Of a stretch of 64,000 nt of DNA, positions 48,792 to 59,563 are shown piece after piece; the first letter of the stretch is position 1; every line of letters starts with the position of its first letter. A model generated the notes under the pieces. That model did not search any database. It saw only the letters and a list, made by a program, of their open reading frames with translations, and had not been told where the DNA came from. Origin of the DNA: Promethearchaeota archaeon Loki_b32 (GTDB taxonomy: Archaea > Asgardarchaeota > Lokiarchaeia > Sigyniarchaeales > SOKP01); NCBI GenBank assembly GCA_005223125.1, contig NJBH01000005.1, positions 6,509 through 70,508 on the forward strand, written 5' to 3'. Both the position numbers and the translations under genes were made by a program.

Positions 48792-50462
48792 TTATTCAAC
48801 TAAACTCCAGCCTTTGGGTTTAGCCCTTGAGTATTGAATTTTGCCTTGTTCTTTTAGTATTGCTATTTCTTTTTCAATTTGAGTATTAGAGAATCCTTTT
48901 TCCTTGATATCACTAATAAATTGAGCTTTTGTAGCTACTACTTTTTGCTCTTTTAAATAAGCGTTAATGACATCTTCCAATGAACCCCCAGCACTCACTT
49001 TTTCTTTTGGAACTGGCTTCTTAGGTTCACTTCCAAGAGCGGCACGTAATTTTACCTTTTTAGGCTCAACTGATTTTTCAATGACTAATGGTTGTACTTT
49101 AGGTTTTGGTTGCTCTTCAACTTTAACTTCAGCTTTAACCTCTTCAGGCATTTCTTTTTGGATTTCTTCATCAGGTAAACTCCAAACAGGGTAATTAACC
49201 TTTTCATAAACAACTGATTTTTGCGTCTTTAAAAGTGCGAATTCATCTAATATTTCATCTTCAGAATACCCTAATTCTGATAAATCTTTCATCAAATCTT
49301 TTAGATGTCCCTTTTCTTGCAATATATTGAAAATATGTTCTCTTATATTTGAGGGGATATCCTTTATTTTGGCTATTTCCTTAATTAAATCTTCTCTTTT
49401 GCTTATCTGTATTTCAGGTATTCTTATTTTTTGAGGAATATCAAGTGATTGTTTTTGGCCCCATTCAAAATCAGTAACATTTCTAATTTTACGATCATAT
49501 CCACCAAATACAATCTGTTTTAAATTTTGTTCTTTAACTGTGCAATAGCATACTTTTTTAATTGATGTAGCCACTTTTGTCTTCCATTTTAATTCAAAAT
49601 CTTGAGAATTTAACGAAGGATTATGGAATACCTTTAATGAACCATCAGCGCATCCAGCAACAATTTCCTTAGCATTATCACCATCAATATCTTCAACTAA
49701 TAATGAAATAGGGCGTCCTTCATTAGTATCAATCTCTGTTATTAGCTCTCCCTCACTGTTTAGAATTTTAATGGAAGAATCATCTGTACTAAGAATAACT
49801 TCATTAAAGCCATCATTTGTTACATCTCCGACTTTAATATCATTAATTTGAGAGCTAAAATTTTTCTGCCAAACAATATCAACCATGTTATCCTGAAATT
49901 GAATTAGTTGAACTAATCCATTTTTTGTGCCAACTAATAGTCCATAAATAGGATCTTCTACATCAGGTAATTTTAAGTAATTCAAAGTGCAAGTTGTGAC
50001 CCAGGAGTCATAGTAAAGGATATATTTTGGCTCCTTAGCCTTTAATTCATCGAAAATTCTAAGGGTCTTATCTTCACTCCCAAATATCAGTTCAATATCC
50101 CCATCTCGAGTAAAATCTCCTGCGATACAGCAATTGATCCTCTTAGATGATTTGTAGCGCATTAATCCTACTAGTTTTTTCTTTTCTAAATTTAACTTTA
50201 AAACCATGAAATTTCCATCTCCAGCCCCAACTAGCACTTCATCACATCCATCTCCATCGAGATCAATAGGATAACAGCACCGACACCATCCATCAAAAAC
50301 CCTTTCATCGATAATATTCTTCTCTTCATCCATTAGATAAAGAGTTTTATCATGTCCACCAAAAATTAGAAAATTATTGTTTTTACAACTCAAAACTGAA
50401 CATGTTAACACCGCATCCGGACATTCAAACATCCAATTCAGTTGATAACGTTTTCTTATCAT
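48792..50462 (-). CDS. Cytosolic FG-GAP/VCBS-repeat beta-propeller protein with C-terminal helical (winged-helix-like) modules
   Basis: 556 aa with no signal peptide. Repeated Ca-binding-like loops: DLDGDGCDEVLVGAGDG, DFTRDGDIELIFGSEDK, DVTNDGFNEVILSTDDS, DIDGDNAKEIVAGCADG. A K/P/E-rich linker is followed by a ~60-aa module ending KIQYSRAKPKGWSLVE. Confidence 0.7.
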   Translation of the reverse strand: MIRKRYQLNWMFECPDAVLTCSVLSCKNNNFLIFGGHDKTLYLMDEEKNIIDERVFDGWCRCCYPIDLDGDGCDEVLVGAGDGNFMVLKLNLEKKKLVGLMRYKSSKRINCCIAGDFTRDGDIELIFGSEDKTLRIFDELKAKEPKYILYYDSWVTTCTLNYLKLPDVEDPIYGLLVGTKNGLVQLIQFQDNMVDIVWQKNFSSQINDIKVGDVTNDGFNEVILSTDDSSIKILNSEGELITEIDTNEGRPISLLVEDIDGDNAKEIVAGCADGSLKVFHNPSLNSQDFELKWKTKVATSIKKVCYCTVKEQNLKQIVFGGYDRKIRNVTDFEWGQKQSLDIPQKIRIPEIQISKREDLIKEIAKIKDIPSNIREHIFNILQEKGHLKDLMKDLSELGYSEDEILDEFALLKTQKSVVYEKVNYPVWSLPDEEIQKEMPEEVKAEVKVEEQPKPKVQPLVIEKSVEPKKVKLRAALGSEPKKPVPKEKVSAGGSLEDVINAYLKEQKVVATKAQFISDIKEKGFSNTQIEKEIAILKEQGKIQYSRAKPKGWSLVE

Positions 50463-50612
50463 GATTTCTCAAGATTATATATAATAATAGAAATTAATGG
50501 TACTAATTAAAATAAATTTCATTGTTTATTCATTTAATACTTATCCCTAAGTTTATTAAAGTATTATTGAAAAATATAAAAAATAAAAAAAATAAAAAAT
50601 GTTATTTTAATT

Positions 50613-52796
50613 TTAGAGCGCTAATTGGGCATCAGAAGGACTATATTTACCAGTACCTGTTATTTCATAGGTTATTTCTAAGTGGTCTCCTACTTCTAAA
50701 ACATCAATATCCCATTTTAATGTATCTTGTCCCACTTCATCTGTAATTTCAGGAGTCATGGAATAGGTTCCATATTCAAATGAATCTGGAACTTTATCGA
50801 GTAGTACAAGATGATGCAATTTAGATTCACCAATATTTTCAAGCGTTAATATAATTCTGTAGTTCCCGAGATCTCCAATAGGTACAACTTCCTTTCCAAT
50901 CCTGAATTTTCGTCTGATGTGCATTGCCTCGATTACAGGAACCTCTGGTTTGAATTCTAACTCTTGACTTACTGGAAAAGTATTAGCGAGATAAGTAATT
51001 TCAGATTCAAAGGTAGATTCACGTGCAGGATTTACGCAATGAATAGGATATTCAAACTCCATTGTTGATTCAGGCTTAAACATACCAGTGCTACTGTCTT
51101 TTAGATCTCTAAGATCAATTTTGAATTCATTATTCTCAAAACTTACGGCAACATCAGCTACTTCAACTTCTTCTCCATCCCATACTAGTTTAATCTCATC
51201 TGCTTTTGGTGGTTGATATTCTTCTGAAAAACTCTGCTGAACAAGTGTTACCTCATTTAGAGGAGCCGAACCATTATTGACTAATTTAAGTGTAGCGACA
51301 ACATCTTTAGTTCGATAAGTAGGAACTTCAGTCAAGTTATAGGACATTACTCCAGTAATACTACCAATCTCTAAGATAACATCTGAAAGAGCAATTGTTC
51401 CATTTACGATGGTTTGAAAATCAGGCATTACCCTAAATTCTAATTTTTTCCTGAAAGTAGGATATTCTTCACTCTCAAATTCCCATTTCGTTGAGTGCCA
51501 TTGTGCGCCACTAGGAAGTAAGGGTACATCATTTGGGTCAATATCTACAAATTTTTTTGACTCATCTTCAGGAGAATATACATCCGCATTGAAAAGTTGA
51601 ATAATAAATTCCGAAGAATTATCAAATACAAGTTTACAGTCGAATATTCCTGGTTCTTCATCTCTTTCAACTGTATCTATATAAAATTTATTTCTTGTAT
51701 ACGCATCAAACTTACCTATATCTAAACCTTCAGCAAAAGAAGATGCGCTTTGGTATGTGACTTCAATTGTTCCTGTTCGTCTTTTAGTTATATCATTAAC
51801 CATGATGTTACAGGTGAATTTCAACATCACAGTGTACTCTGGGGCCAATTTATCAATAGTCCAGACTATTTGATTTCCTTCAATATTAGCTCTTCCTTCA
51901 GTAGTATCTTTGATCATCGGGTTTGTAAAATCATCTGGAATATTTTTTACAACTTTAATATTGGAAACAGGTTTATCAAACATACTTCTAAGGGCTATAG
52001 CGAAGTGAACCACATTTTCTTTATCAATTGAGATTCCGAAAGATTCTAGGCCACTTTCAACAAGAGTTCCTCCATCTCCCCAAGTCTCGCCCGTTATTGT
52101 TTCCTCTTCTTCCTCTTCTTCTTCCTCCTCTTCGGCTTCAGGTTCTTTTGGAGATTTAGCAGGTTTAGCAGGTTTAGCAGGTTTAGAGGGCACACCACTT
52201 TTTTTATCCTTTAATTTTAATAACTCTTTCTCAATATCATTTATGTTTAATGCATCATCCGCGTTTGGATTTGTATTAATAAACTCTTTCACAAGAAGGA
52301 GATTTTTAATATCCTTTGTTATTTTAAATTCTCTTGAGTCTACATTATCAGGAGATTCAGTACCTAATTCTCTTATTGATATATCTTTTGATTTCAAATC
52401 TGTACTTCCAATATTTTCAAGTGAAACATCAATATCCCATAATCTATCAACTTTACTAGAATTCTCAATGTTAAATTTTCCACTATGGGCAAACGATTTA
52501 ATATTAACATCATGATCTTGTTCTACATCAACAGTTTCAATTATTTTCACTAAGGCTAATAGTCCCTCCCTATTACCATTTTTCAAAACGATACTACCTT
52601 CGAGTTCTCCAGTGTCTTCATCATATGTTTCAATAATAGGTGTAGATGTATCTCTATCAATTAATTCAACTAGTCCTGTGTCCATGTCTTTTCTTTTTAA
52701 TGCCTCAGCAATAATCTCTTCTTCAGCTTCTGTCGCATCATAGCCCATTCGTGTCGATGGTCTCGTTACTTTCTTTTTCTTATCTTTTTTAGCCAT
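50613..52796 (-). CDS. Large cytosolic protein with repeated beta-sandwich (DUF11/CARDB-like) domains and a PAK/poly-Glu linker
   Basis: 727 aa. Lys-rich N-terminus with no signal peptide. Recurrent ..W.I..L..G....[IV].[YF].. domain endings (IVWTIDKLAPEYTVMLKF; LKWDIDVLEVGDHLEITYEITGTG). Linker is PSKPAKPAKPAKSPKEPEAEEEEEEEEEEE. Confidence 0.6.
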   Translation of the reverse strand: MAKKDKKKKVTRPSTRMGYDATEAEEEIIAEALKRKDMDTGLVELIDRDTSTPIIETYDEDTGELEGSIVLKNGNREGLLALVKIIETVDVEQDHDVNIKSFAHSGKFNIENSSKVDRLWDIDVSLENIGSTDLKSKDISIRELGTESPDNVDSREFKITKDIKNLLLVKEFINTNPNADDALNINDIEKELLKLKDKKSGVPSKPAKPAKPAKSPKEPEAEEEEEEEEEEETITGETWGDGGTLVESGLESFGISIDKENVVHFAIALRSMFDKPVSNIKVVKNIPDDFTNPMIKDTTEGRANIEGNQIVWTIDKLAPEYTVMLKFTCNIMVNDITKRRTGTIEVTYQSASSFAEGLDIGKFDAYTRNKFYIDTVERDEEPGIFDCKLVFDNSSEFIIQLFNADVYSPEDESKKFVDIDPNDVPLLPSGAQWHSTKWEFESEEYPTFRKKLEFRVMPDFQTIVNGTIALSDVILEIGSITGVMSYNLTEVPTYRTKDVVATLKLVNNGSAPLNEVTLVQQSFSEEYQPPKADEIKLVWDGEEVEVADVAVSFENNEFKIDLRDLKDSSTGMFKPESTMEFEYPIHCVNPARESTFESEITYLANTFPVSQELEFKPEVPVIEAMHIRRKFRIGKEVVPIGDLGNYRIILTLENIGESKLHHLVLLDKVPDSFEYGTYSMTPEITDEVGQDTLKWDIDVLEVGDHLEITYEITGTGKYSPSDAQLAL
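52155..52190 (-). repeat. 9-nt coding microsatellite (tttagcagg x3 plus one imperfect copy) encoding PAKPAKPAK
   Basis: Perfect copies at 52155-52181. An adjacent GAA/GAG-rich run (about 52093-52131) encodes the poly-Glu tract. Confidence 0.8.
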
Positions 52797-52953
52797 TGTT
52801 TTTTACCAAGACTTTATTTTGATTTAATTTGAAAACTATTTACCAATTAATATAAATTAATCGATAAAATAAATTCATCGGCAAACTTTAAAAAATTTAT
52901 CAATATAAGAGGTCAGAGAGTTGTGTGTAACAGAAATGAAGTTTTATCCCATT

Positions 52954-53112
52954 TTACACAAATTTCTTATCATTTTTTTTTGGATAAAATGGTTTTATGT
53001 TAGGATCATTAAATTCATGACCACACATGGGACATTTACTCTTAATATTTCTTGTTTTAATATCTAAATGAAAGCTGAAACCACATAAAGGACAAATTAT
53101 TACTTCACTCAT
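52954..53112 (-). CDS. Small zinc-ribbon protein (52 aa, not in ORF track)
   Basis: ATG at 53112. Translation is MSEVIICPLCGFSFHLDIKTRNIKSKCPMCGHEFNDPNIKPFYPKKNDKKFV, with two CxxC pairs. It starts 14 nt downstream of the glycerate kinase gene end (53127). Confidence 0.45.
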   Translation of the reverse strand: MSEVIICPLCGFSFHLDIKTRNIKSKCPMCGHEFNDPNIKPFYPKKNDKKFV

Positions 53113-53126
53113 TATTATCACTTTTA

Positions 53127-54578
53127 TTAAGAGCTTTGTATTTTAATTTTTCGTGAAAGGAGAATCAAGATTATATCATTAACATTACATCCTGTAGGAC
53201 CTGTAATTAGTTCAACACCTAATTTCTGGAAAAATCTATTTGAATCATTATTTTCTAAGAATTTCTCTGGATCAATTTTCTTAAGAACCATTTGTTCCAA
53301 TACGTAATTATCGACAAGAGCCCCCATTGCTTTACTGTTTCCTTCAATACCATCAAGATTCGCACCAATGATTAAAAAATTGTTATCAAAATTCTTATTT
53401 TTTACATTATTTAGGAAACTTAATAACATCTCTTGATTCCTTCCCCCAATACCAGTTCCTTTAATTGTAACTGTCAATTCACCAGTTCCAATTAGCGCAA
53501 TCTTTTCAATTTTATTCCTATCTAAACTTTCTATTCCATCTTGAGTAGTTATGTTATATACAGTTTTTCCAAATTCTTTAGCTTCACCAATTATATTATT
53601 AGAGAAAAATTTGACTTCAAATCCCTGTTCAATTAAGAATATTTTAACTTTCTGAGCTGCAAGGGACACACTTCCAATTAAATAATTATGAATATTTGTA
53701 AAACAAACATCATCGGGTTTTGGATTTTCTAATGTTTTATCTAATAATCCCTTTTCTAAATATTCTTTTACTGAATTTGGGATTTCTTTTAAGAGCTCAT
53801 ATTTCTTTATTATTTCAAGAGCATCCTCATAAGTACTTCTATCAGGTACGGTAGGTCCAGAAGCAATCGAATCTAAATTATCCCCGACAACATCTGAAAT
53901 GATCAATGAAATCATGGTGGCCCCACTTGAATTATATAATTGCTTTGCTAAATTACCTCCCTTAAAATCGGATAAATGTTTTCTAATAGTATTAATTTCG
54001 TGAATTGATGCCCCAGAAGATATTAGTAAGGAATTAACTTTTTGTAATTCTTCAAGTTTTATACCTTGTTTTGGCAAAGGAAGTAAAGCAGAACCCCCTC
54101 CAGAAATTAAACAGAAGAAAAGATCTTTTTCAGTCGAATTCTTAACAATGTCTATCATGGATTTAGTTCCGCTAAGTCCTTTTTCATTTGGGATAGGATG
54201 TGAAGCAAAATTAATGATTATTTTACTTTCTTTAATATTTTCTGGGATTTCTGAATTCTCTGGTATATTTATAATACCCTCATAATCAATATCTTTCATA
54301 TTTACTAACATTCTTTCAAGTGCCAATGACATTTCTGCTGTTGCCTTTCCCCCACCAATAACATATATCTTTTTAAATTTGTGTAAATCGTACTCATCAT
54401 TTTGAATGAATAATTTACCATTTTGGAATTTAAGTGATTTTTCTATTATGTTTTTAGGTTTTACTGCAGATATTGATATTTCAAGAGCATTTAGCCCAAT
54501 TTCTCTTAGAGTTAATATATTGCTGTTTAAACCATCGAAAAGAAGTTGTGAAGCATTTTTAATATACAAAAGCAACAC
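53127..54578 (-). CDS. Glycerate 2-kinase (MOFRL / DUF4147 family)
   Basis: 483 aa. VIGGGKATAEM, CLISGGGSALL, ISDVVGDNLDSIASGPT and GTGIGGRNQE match the hydroxypyruvate reductase/glycerate 2-kinase family. Confidence 0.85.
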   Translation of the reverse strand: MLLLYIKNASQLLFDGLNSNILTLREIGLNALEISISAVKPKNIIEKSLKFQNGKLFIQNDEYDLHKFKKIYVIGGGKATAEMSLALERMLVNMKDIDYEGIINIPENSEIPENIKESKIIINFASHPIPNEKGLSGTKSMIDIVKNSTEKDLFFCLISGGGSALLPLPKQGIKLEELQKVNSLLISSGASIHEINTIRKHLSDFKGGNLAKQLYNSSGATMISLIISDVVGDNLDSIASGPTVPDRSTYEDALEIIKKYELLKEIPNSVKEYLEKGLLDKTLENPKPDDVCFTNIHNYLIGSVSLAAQKVKIFLIEQGFEVKFFSNNIIGEAKEFGKTVYNITTQDGIESLDRNKIEKIALIGTGELTVTIKGTGIGGRNQEMLLSFLNNVKNKNFDNNFLIIGANLDGIEGNSKAMGALVDNYVLEQMVLKKIDPEKFLENNDSNRFFQKLGVELITGPTGCNVNDIILILLSRKIKIQSS

Positions 54579-55132
54579 TTCAATATTTAGATTGATAATC
54601 TTGTTAATTTTCTGTTATATAATCCTTTCCAATTTAATAAATTATTTATAGAAAAAGGTAGGTATCCATTCTTAAAAAAACAAACTAAAAAGAGATTAAA
54701 AAAATTGAAAATAGCGATATCTTAAACCAGCTTCATAAGCTAAATGGTTGCCAATTTTTCCGTTGCTATATTCAATCTTGGCACTATAACTCACCGTTTT
54801 TATCACCAGTTTAAAAATTTAAAATATCTCACGGTTTTATGATAATCATGCGTTTCATACCATACTATATTAGGCGCATCGGCTTGGTTTATAGAGACAT
54901 TGATGATTATCTGTGCCTTTATGAACGGTGATGGTTGCATATCTATTTCTCTTTGGAGAAGTGGGTAACCTGCCAATAAATATTTATTCTAGTGTCAATC
55001 TCCTATATCAAATAAAAAATATAACATTGAATAAAGAGAATTTAGAAGTTTAGAAAATAATCAAGCAATTTCGGTTAGGATGCTTATAATTTACCATCCA
55101 TAATCCAACAGAAATAAGGTTCTTTACTCTCT

Positions 55133-55279
55133 TTAAAACGGTAACACGAACAGTATAAGATAGAAAAATACAGAAATAACAATAAAAGCTGCTAGCCATG
55201 AATGAATACTATCTAACCGTTTATTTATCTTCATTAATTCATTAACAATATTATCCTTTGAATCTTGAATTTCACCCAT
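55133..55279 (-). CDS. Possible small membrane protein (48 aa, not in ORF track)
   Basis: ATG at 55279 preceded by ggagggattgaa. Translation is MGEIQDSKDNIVNELMKINKRLDSIHSWLAAFIVISVFFYLILFVLPF, with one C-terminal TM helix. Confidence 0.25.
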   Translation of the reverse strand: MGEIQDSKDNIVNELMKINKRLDSIHSWLAAFIVISVFFYLILFVLPF

Positions 55280-55433
55280 TTCAATCCCTCCTATCAATTT
55301 AATTTATAATTATTATATTTTAGGAAACAAGCTCTTATAAATCTTTTTTTAAAACAATAACACGAAAATAATAAAAAAATTTGTAATATTAGGAATCCAA
55401 ACACACATTTATATAAAATTTACTACTTATTGA

Positions 55434-56553
<1,120 letters not shown>

Positions 56554-56658
56554 GTGTTAATTTTATTTAATTTCTAGGAGTTTATCTTCAAAATATACTG
56601 GAAATGATTAATAATTTCAGTTTTTATTAATAGGAGTTAATGAGAAAAAAATCTAAAC

Positions 56659-58710
56659 TTAACGATTAATATACTTCACTTTAAAGGAACTTAATTTTCC
56701 ATCTTTTACTATTATTTCTCTATACCCTCCTGCAGTCTCGGGATGTCTATAACTACCTAATCCTAATGCAGGGGTCTGAACGACAAAAGGTCCATTCTCC
56801 CTAATCTGCTTTGCATTAGTAAACATTTCAGAATATTCATCATAGTATATAGCAGCAGGATTTTCGATTTTTTTTAGTCTAAATGGAGGTGCATCATAAA
56901 CACTGGATTTTGTCTCAGTATCTTCTAATCTAAACTCTTTTGAATCGTGTGTATGACCCGCAAGGGTGAGAATACAATAATTTTTACAGAATTCAACAAG
57001 TTTTTCCCAATTTGATGAAACTGATCCATATTTCATATTAAATACACCATCAATACGTGCTGCTGATACTGGCTTCCCTAATTTTTTAATTAATGATTCT
57101 TTAAACTCACTCATCCTTTGTTTAATAAATCGACTTCCTTTTTTTTCAAATATATTAATACTAAATTTTGAGCCTCCTGTGTTTAAAGGTGGTCCATGTA
57201 AAAAAAGGTAAGTGTTAATGTCGTCTTTAATTACGTTATTTATTAGATTTTCTAAATATTTGATTTGTTTATATGAAACACCTGTCACAGAGGGATGTCC
57301 AGTTAACAAATCCCTTAGATTTTTAAAGGAATCCGATCCTGTGTTTAGAATAATAAATAAGTTATCACCTAACATTATAGAGAAATCTAATGACGGATTT
57401 ACTTCTGATAAATACCCTTTTAAGGCAAGTGAAGTTTTAGTTAAAGCAGTAATTGGTGAAGCGGAAAATAATTTATTTAATGCTATTGCTTCTGAAGCAT
57501 TTAGCCCAATCTTCTTGTACATCTCAGCCCATGTGAGATCATAATGAAAAGGTCGATAATCATGATTTCCTAAGGTTGTGAAAATTGGACAATTTAACTC
57601 TTCACCTCTGACAACTCCTTTATATTTTTCTGTGGAGGGAACGTTTAAGATTAAATTTTTAAACGTTTTCCAATTACTATCATCGTAATTAAATTCATTT
57701 AGTTTACGAAGTTTCTTAGACAATCTACTTAATATTGTATAGTCAACAATATCTCCTGTTAGTACAATGAGATCTAATTCATTTCTAAGTACTTTCCTAT
57801 TCATTAATTTAATAAATCTTCTAAATTGATTATTCGGATTAATCAGACGCTTCCTCAATGGAATTTTAATTTCAGATAAAATTCCTTCTTCTTTTGTTTT
57901 TTGCTTTTTAATCTTCAATTTTTTTTTTACTGTCTCAAAAAAATCTTCAACGCTTTCCTTAATAGAAGATTCTGCCCATTTTTTAACTATTCCATAAATA
58001 TTATCATTTCTTTCCGCTAAATGCAGATCAGTGGCATGGACAAATGTAAAATTTTCCCATTTTTGCTTTGAAATTACGAGTGAGTGATAATTTATTTGGT
58101 CATTAGCACAAAGGATATCAAACATTACAAAATTTCGTTCCTTTAGAAATTTAAGAACTTCTTTACTCAGAGTAAACTTAATAGTTACTTTATAAAATTT
58201 GTCTAATTCGCCAAATACTTGATTTTTTATTAAAACTTCTTGGGGACTCAAATCTTCTGTATTAGAGATATTCTGAATTGGGATTATGGAAGAATTTTCA
58301 ACATTTAATACTTTTGGAAAAATAGTTTCTCCTCTATGTAGTCGTGATTTTAATTGCTTTAATCGTTCTAAATTTAAATCTAAATCCTTTCCACTTTCCA
58401 ATAAATCTTCAATGAATTTTTTTCTCTTTTTTCTAGCTCTTTTTTCTCTCCATTTAGAGAACAATCCTTTTGGTTTTTTCACGAAAATAAGTTTATAAGA
58501 CCATTTATAGTCATATAAAGGCACTAAGGTTATATGATTTTGAATGGATTTAGTAAAAGCCTCTAAATCAATATTATCGGTAATAAGAAGCAAATTAGCT
58601 TGAAAATCTTTGTTCTTCAATTTATGATCTATTTTTAAAATTGATGGACAGCCCAAATTCGGACTTATAAGAATAATTTTTCCCGTTTTCTCTACTTCTG
58701 TCGAATTCAC
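56659..58710 (-). CDS. Calcineurin-like metallophosphoesterase with long N-terminal extension
   Basis: 683 aa. Motifs HATDLHL, LTGDIVDY, LGNHDY, LHGPP and AGHTHD appear in the canonical order. Confidence 0.75.
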   Translation of the reverse strand: MNSTEVEKTGKIILISPNLGCPSILKIDHKLKNKDFQANLLLITDNIDLEAFTKSIQNHITLVPLYDYKWSYKLIFVKKPKGLFSKWREKRARKKRKKFIEDLLESGKDLDLNLERLKQLKSRLHRGETIFPKVLNVENSSIIPIQNISNTEDLSPQEVLIKNQVFGELDKFYKVTIKFTLSKEVLKFLKERNFVMFDILCANDQINYHSLVISKQKWENFTFVHATDLHLAERNDNIYGIVKKWAESSIKESVEDFFETVKKKLKIKKQKTKEEGILSEIKIPLRKRLINPNNQFRRFIKLMNRKVLRNELDLIVLTGDIVDYTILSRLSKKLRKLNEFNYDDSNWKTFKNLILNVPSTEKYKGVVRGEELNCPIFTTLGNHDYRPFHYDLTWAEMYKKIGLNASEAIALNKLFSASPITALTKTSLALKGYLSEVNPSLDFSIMLGDNLFIILNTGSDSFKNLRDLLTGHPSVTGVSYKQIKYLENLINNVIKDDINTYLFLHGPPLNTGGSKFSINIFEKKGSRFIKQRMSEFKESLIKKLGKPVSAARIDGVFNMKYGSVSSNWEKLVEFCKNYCILTLAGHTHDSKEFRLEDTETKSSVYDAPPFRLKKIENPAAIYYDEYSEMFTNAKQIRENGPFVVQTPALGLGSYRHPETAGGYREIIVKDGKLSSFKVKYINR

Positions 58711-58915
58711 TTTTAAAAAAGTACTCTGTTTATGAAACTAATTATTGCATTTATTTCAAATATATAATCTTACTAGATAATCGTAATTTAAAAATGTAAT
58801 CAAGTTATTACTTCGTAGTTATGATTGTAAGAATAAAGCTATGACTTATTATCATTAAAAATGGAATAACCTAATCGAGACTGTATTCTATCGTTATGTA
58901 CATGAAAATATATCG

Positions 58916-59161
58916 TTAAATCGAAATAAATATTACATTATCTCCTCGAACAACAATATCTCCAAGTGTCTCGTGTTCTTCACGAATGTTACCCTCGTCA
59001 TCTTGATATTCAAAAAGCTGGGTGGTTTCTTCTAAATATAGGTTTAGGTGCTCGTCGAAGCCAATTAATATTCCCCTAAAAAGACGGTTACGCTTAACCT
59101 TAATGAGAATGACTTTATTAATTGAAGATTTCAAATAATCGATAGGTCTGTTATGTTGCAT
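58916..59161 (-). CDS. Sm-like archaeal protein (LSm/SmAP)
   Basis: 81 aa. Sm1 is FRGILIGFDEHLNLYLEE and Sm2 is IVVRGDNVIFI, with an acidic insertion between them. Confidence 0.85.
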   Translation of the reverse strand: MQHNRPIDYLKSSINKVILIKVKRNRLFRGILIGFDEHLNLYLEETTQLFEYQDDEGNIREEHETLGDIVVRGDNVIFISI

Positions 59162-59408
59162 CTTTTATAAACTCGAAAAAACAATTATTGATAAAAAAAT
59201 ATTTATAATAACAAGTAAATACACAGCTAATTAAAACCTTTTGATTCAACCGATTCTTATTTTTATAGTTCCCTATATAAAAACTCACATATAAACAAAT
59301 GATAAATTTGTCTAAGGAAGAATAAGATGATAAGGAAAAAGAATTGTATTCATTCAACTTTTTATTATATTAGGTGTTTATATAATCATACAATTACCTT
59401 TTAATATT

Positions 59409-59516
59409 AGGCCTGTGGCCCAGTTTGGATAAGGCGGCAGCCTCCTAAGCTGCAAATCGGGGGTTCAATGTGAAATGTACTTCACATTTCATGAACAAAT
59501 CCCCTCAGGCCTGCCA
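59409..59516 (+). tRNA. tRNA-Arg (anticodon CCU) with a 30-nt intron in the T-loop and a genomically encoded CCA
   Basis: Hand-folded. Acceptor 59409-15/59506-12 (7 bp, A1:U72), U8. D-arm 59418-35 with GG. Anticodon stem 59437-41/59449-53 with loop CU-CCU-AA. T-stem 59459-63/59501-05. T-loop UUCAA[30 nt]AU. Discriminator G then CCA. Confidence 0.85.
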
Positions 59517-59563
59517 TTTTTAATTTTTGAAACTTTATAAGGTATTGAATTTTTTTCAAGATA

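Noticed and set aside
59151-59357. 68-aa minus-strand ORF upstream of the LSm gene
   Set aside because: It overlaps the LSm start codon region, consists of AT-rich low-complexity sequence, and has no motif. It most likely occupies the promoter/5' region.
59162-59563. tRNA-adjacent integration site or genomic-island boundary
   Set aside because: I saw no integrase, no transposase and no direct repeat of the tRNA 3' end in the flanking sequence.
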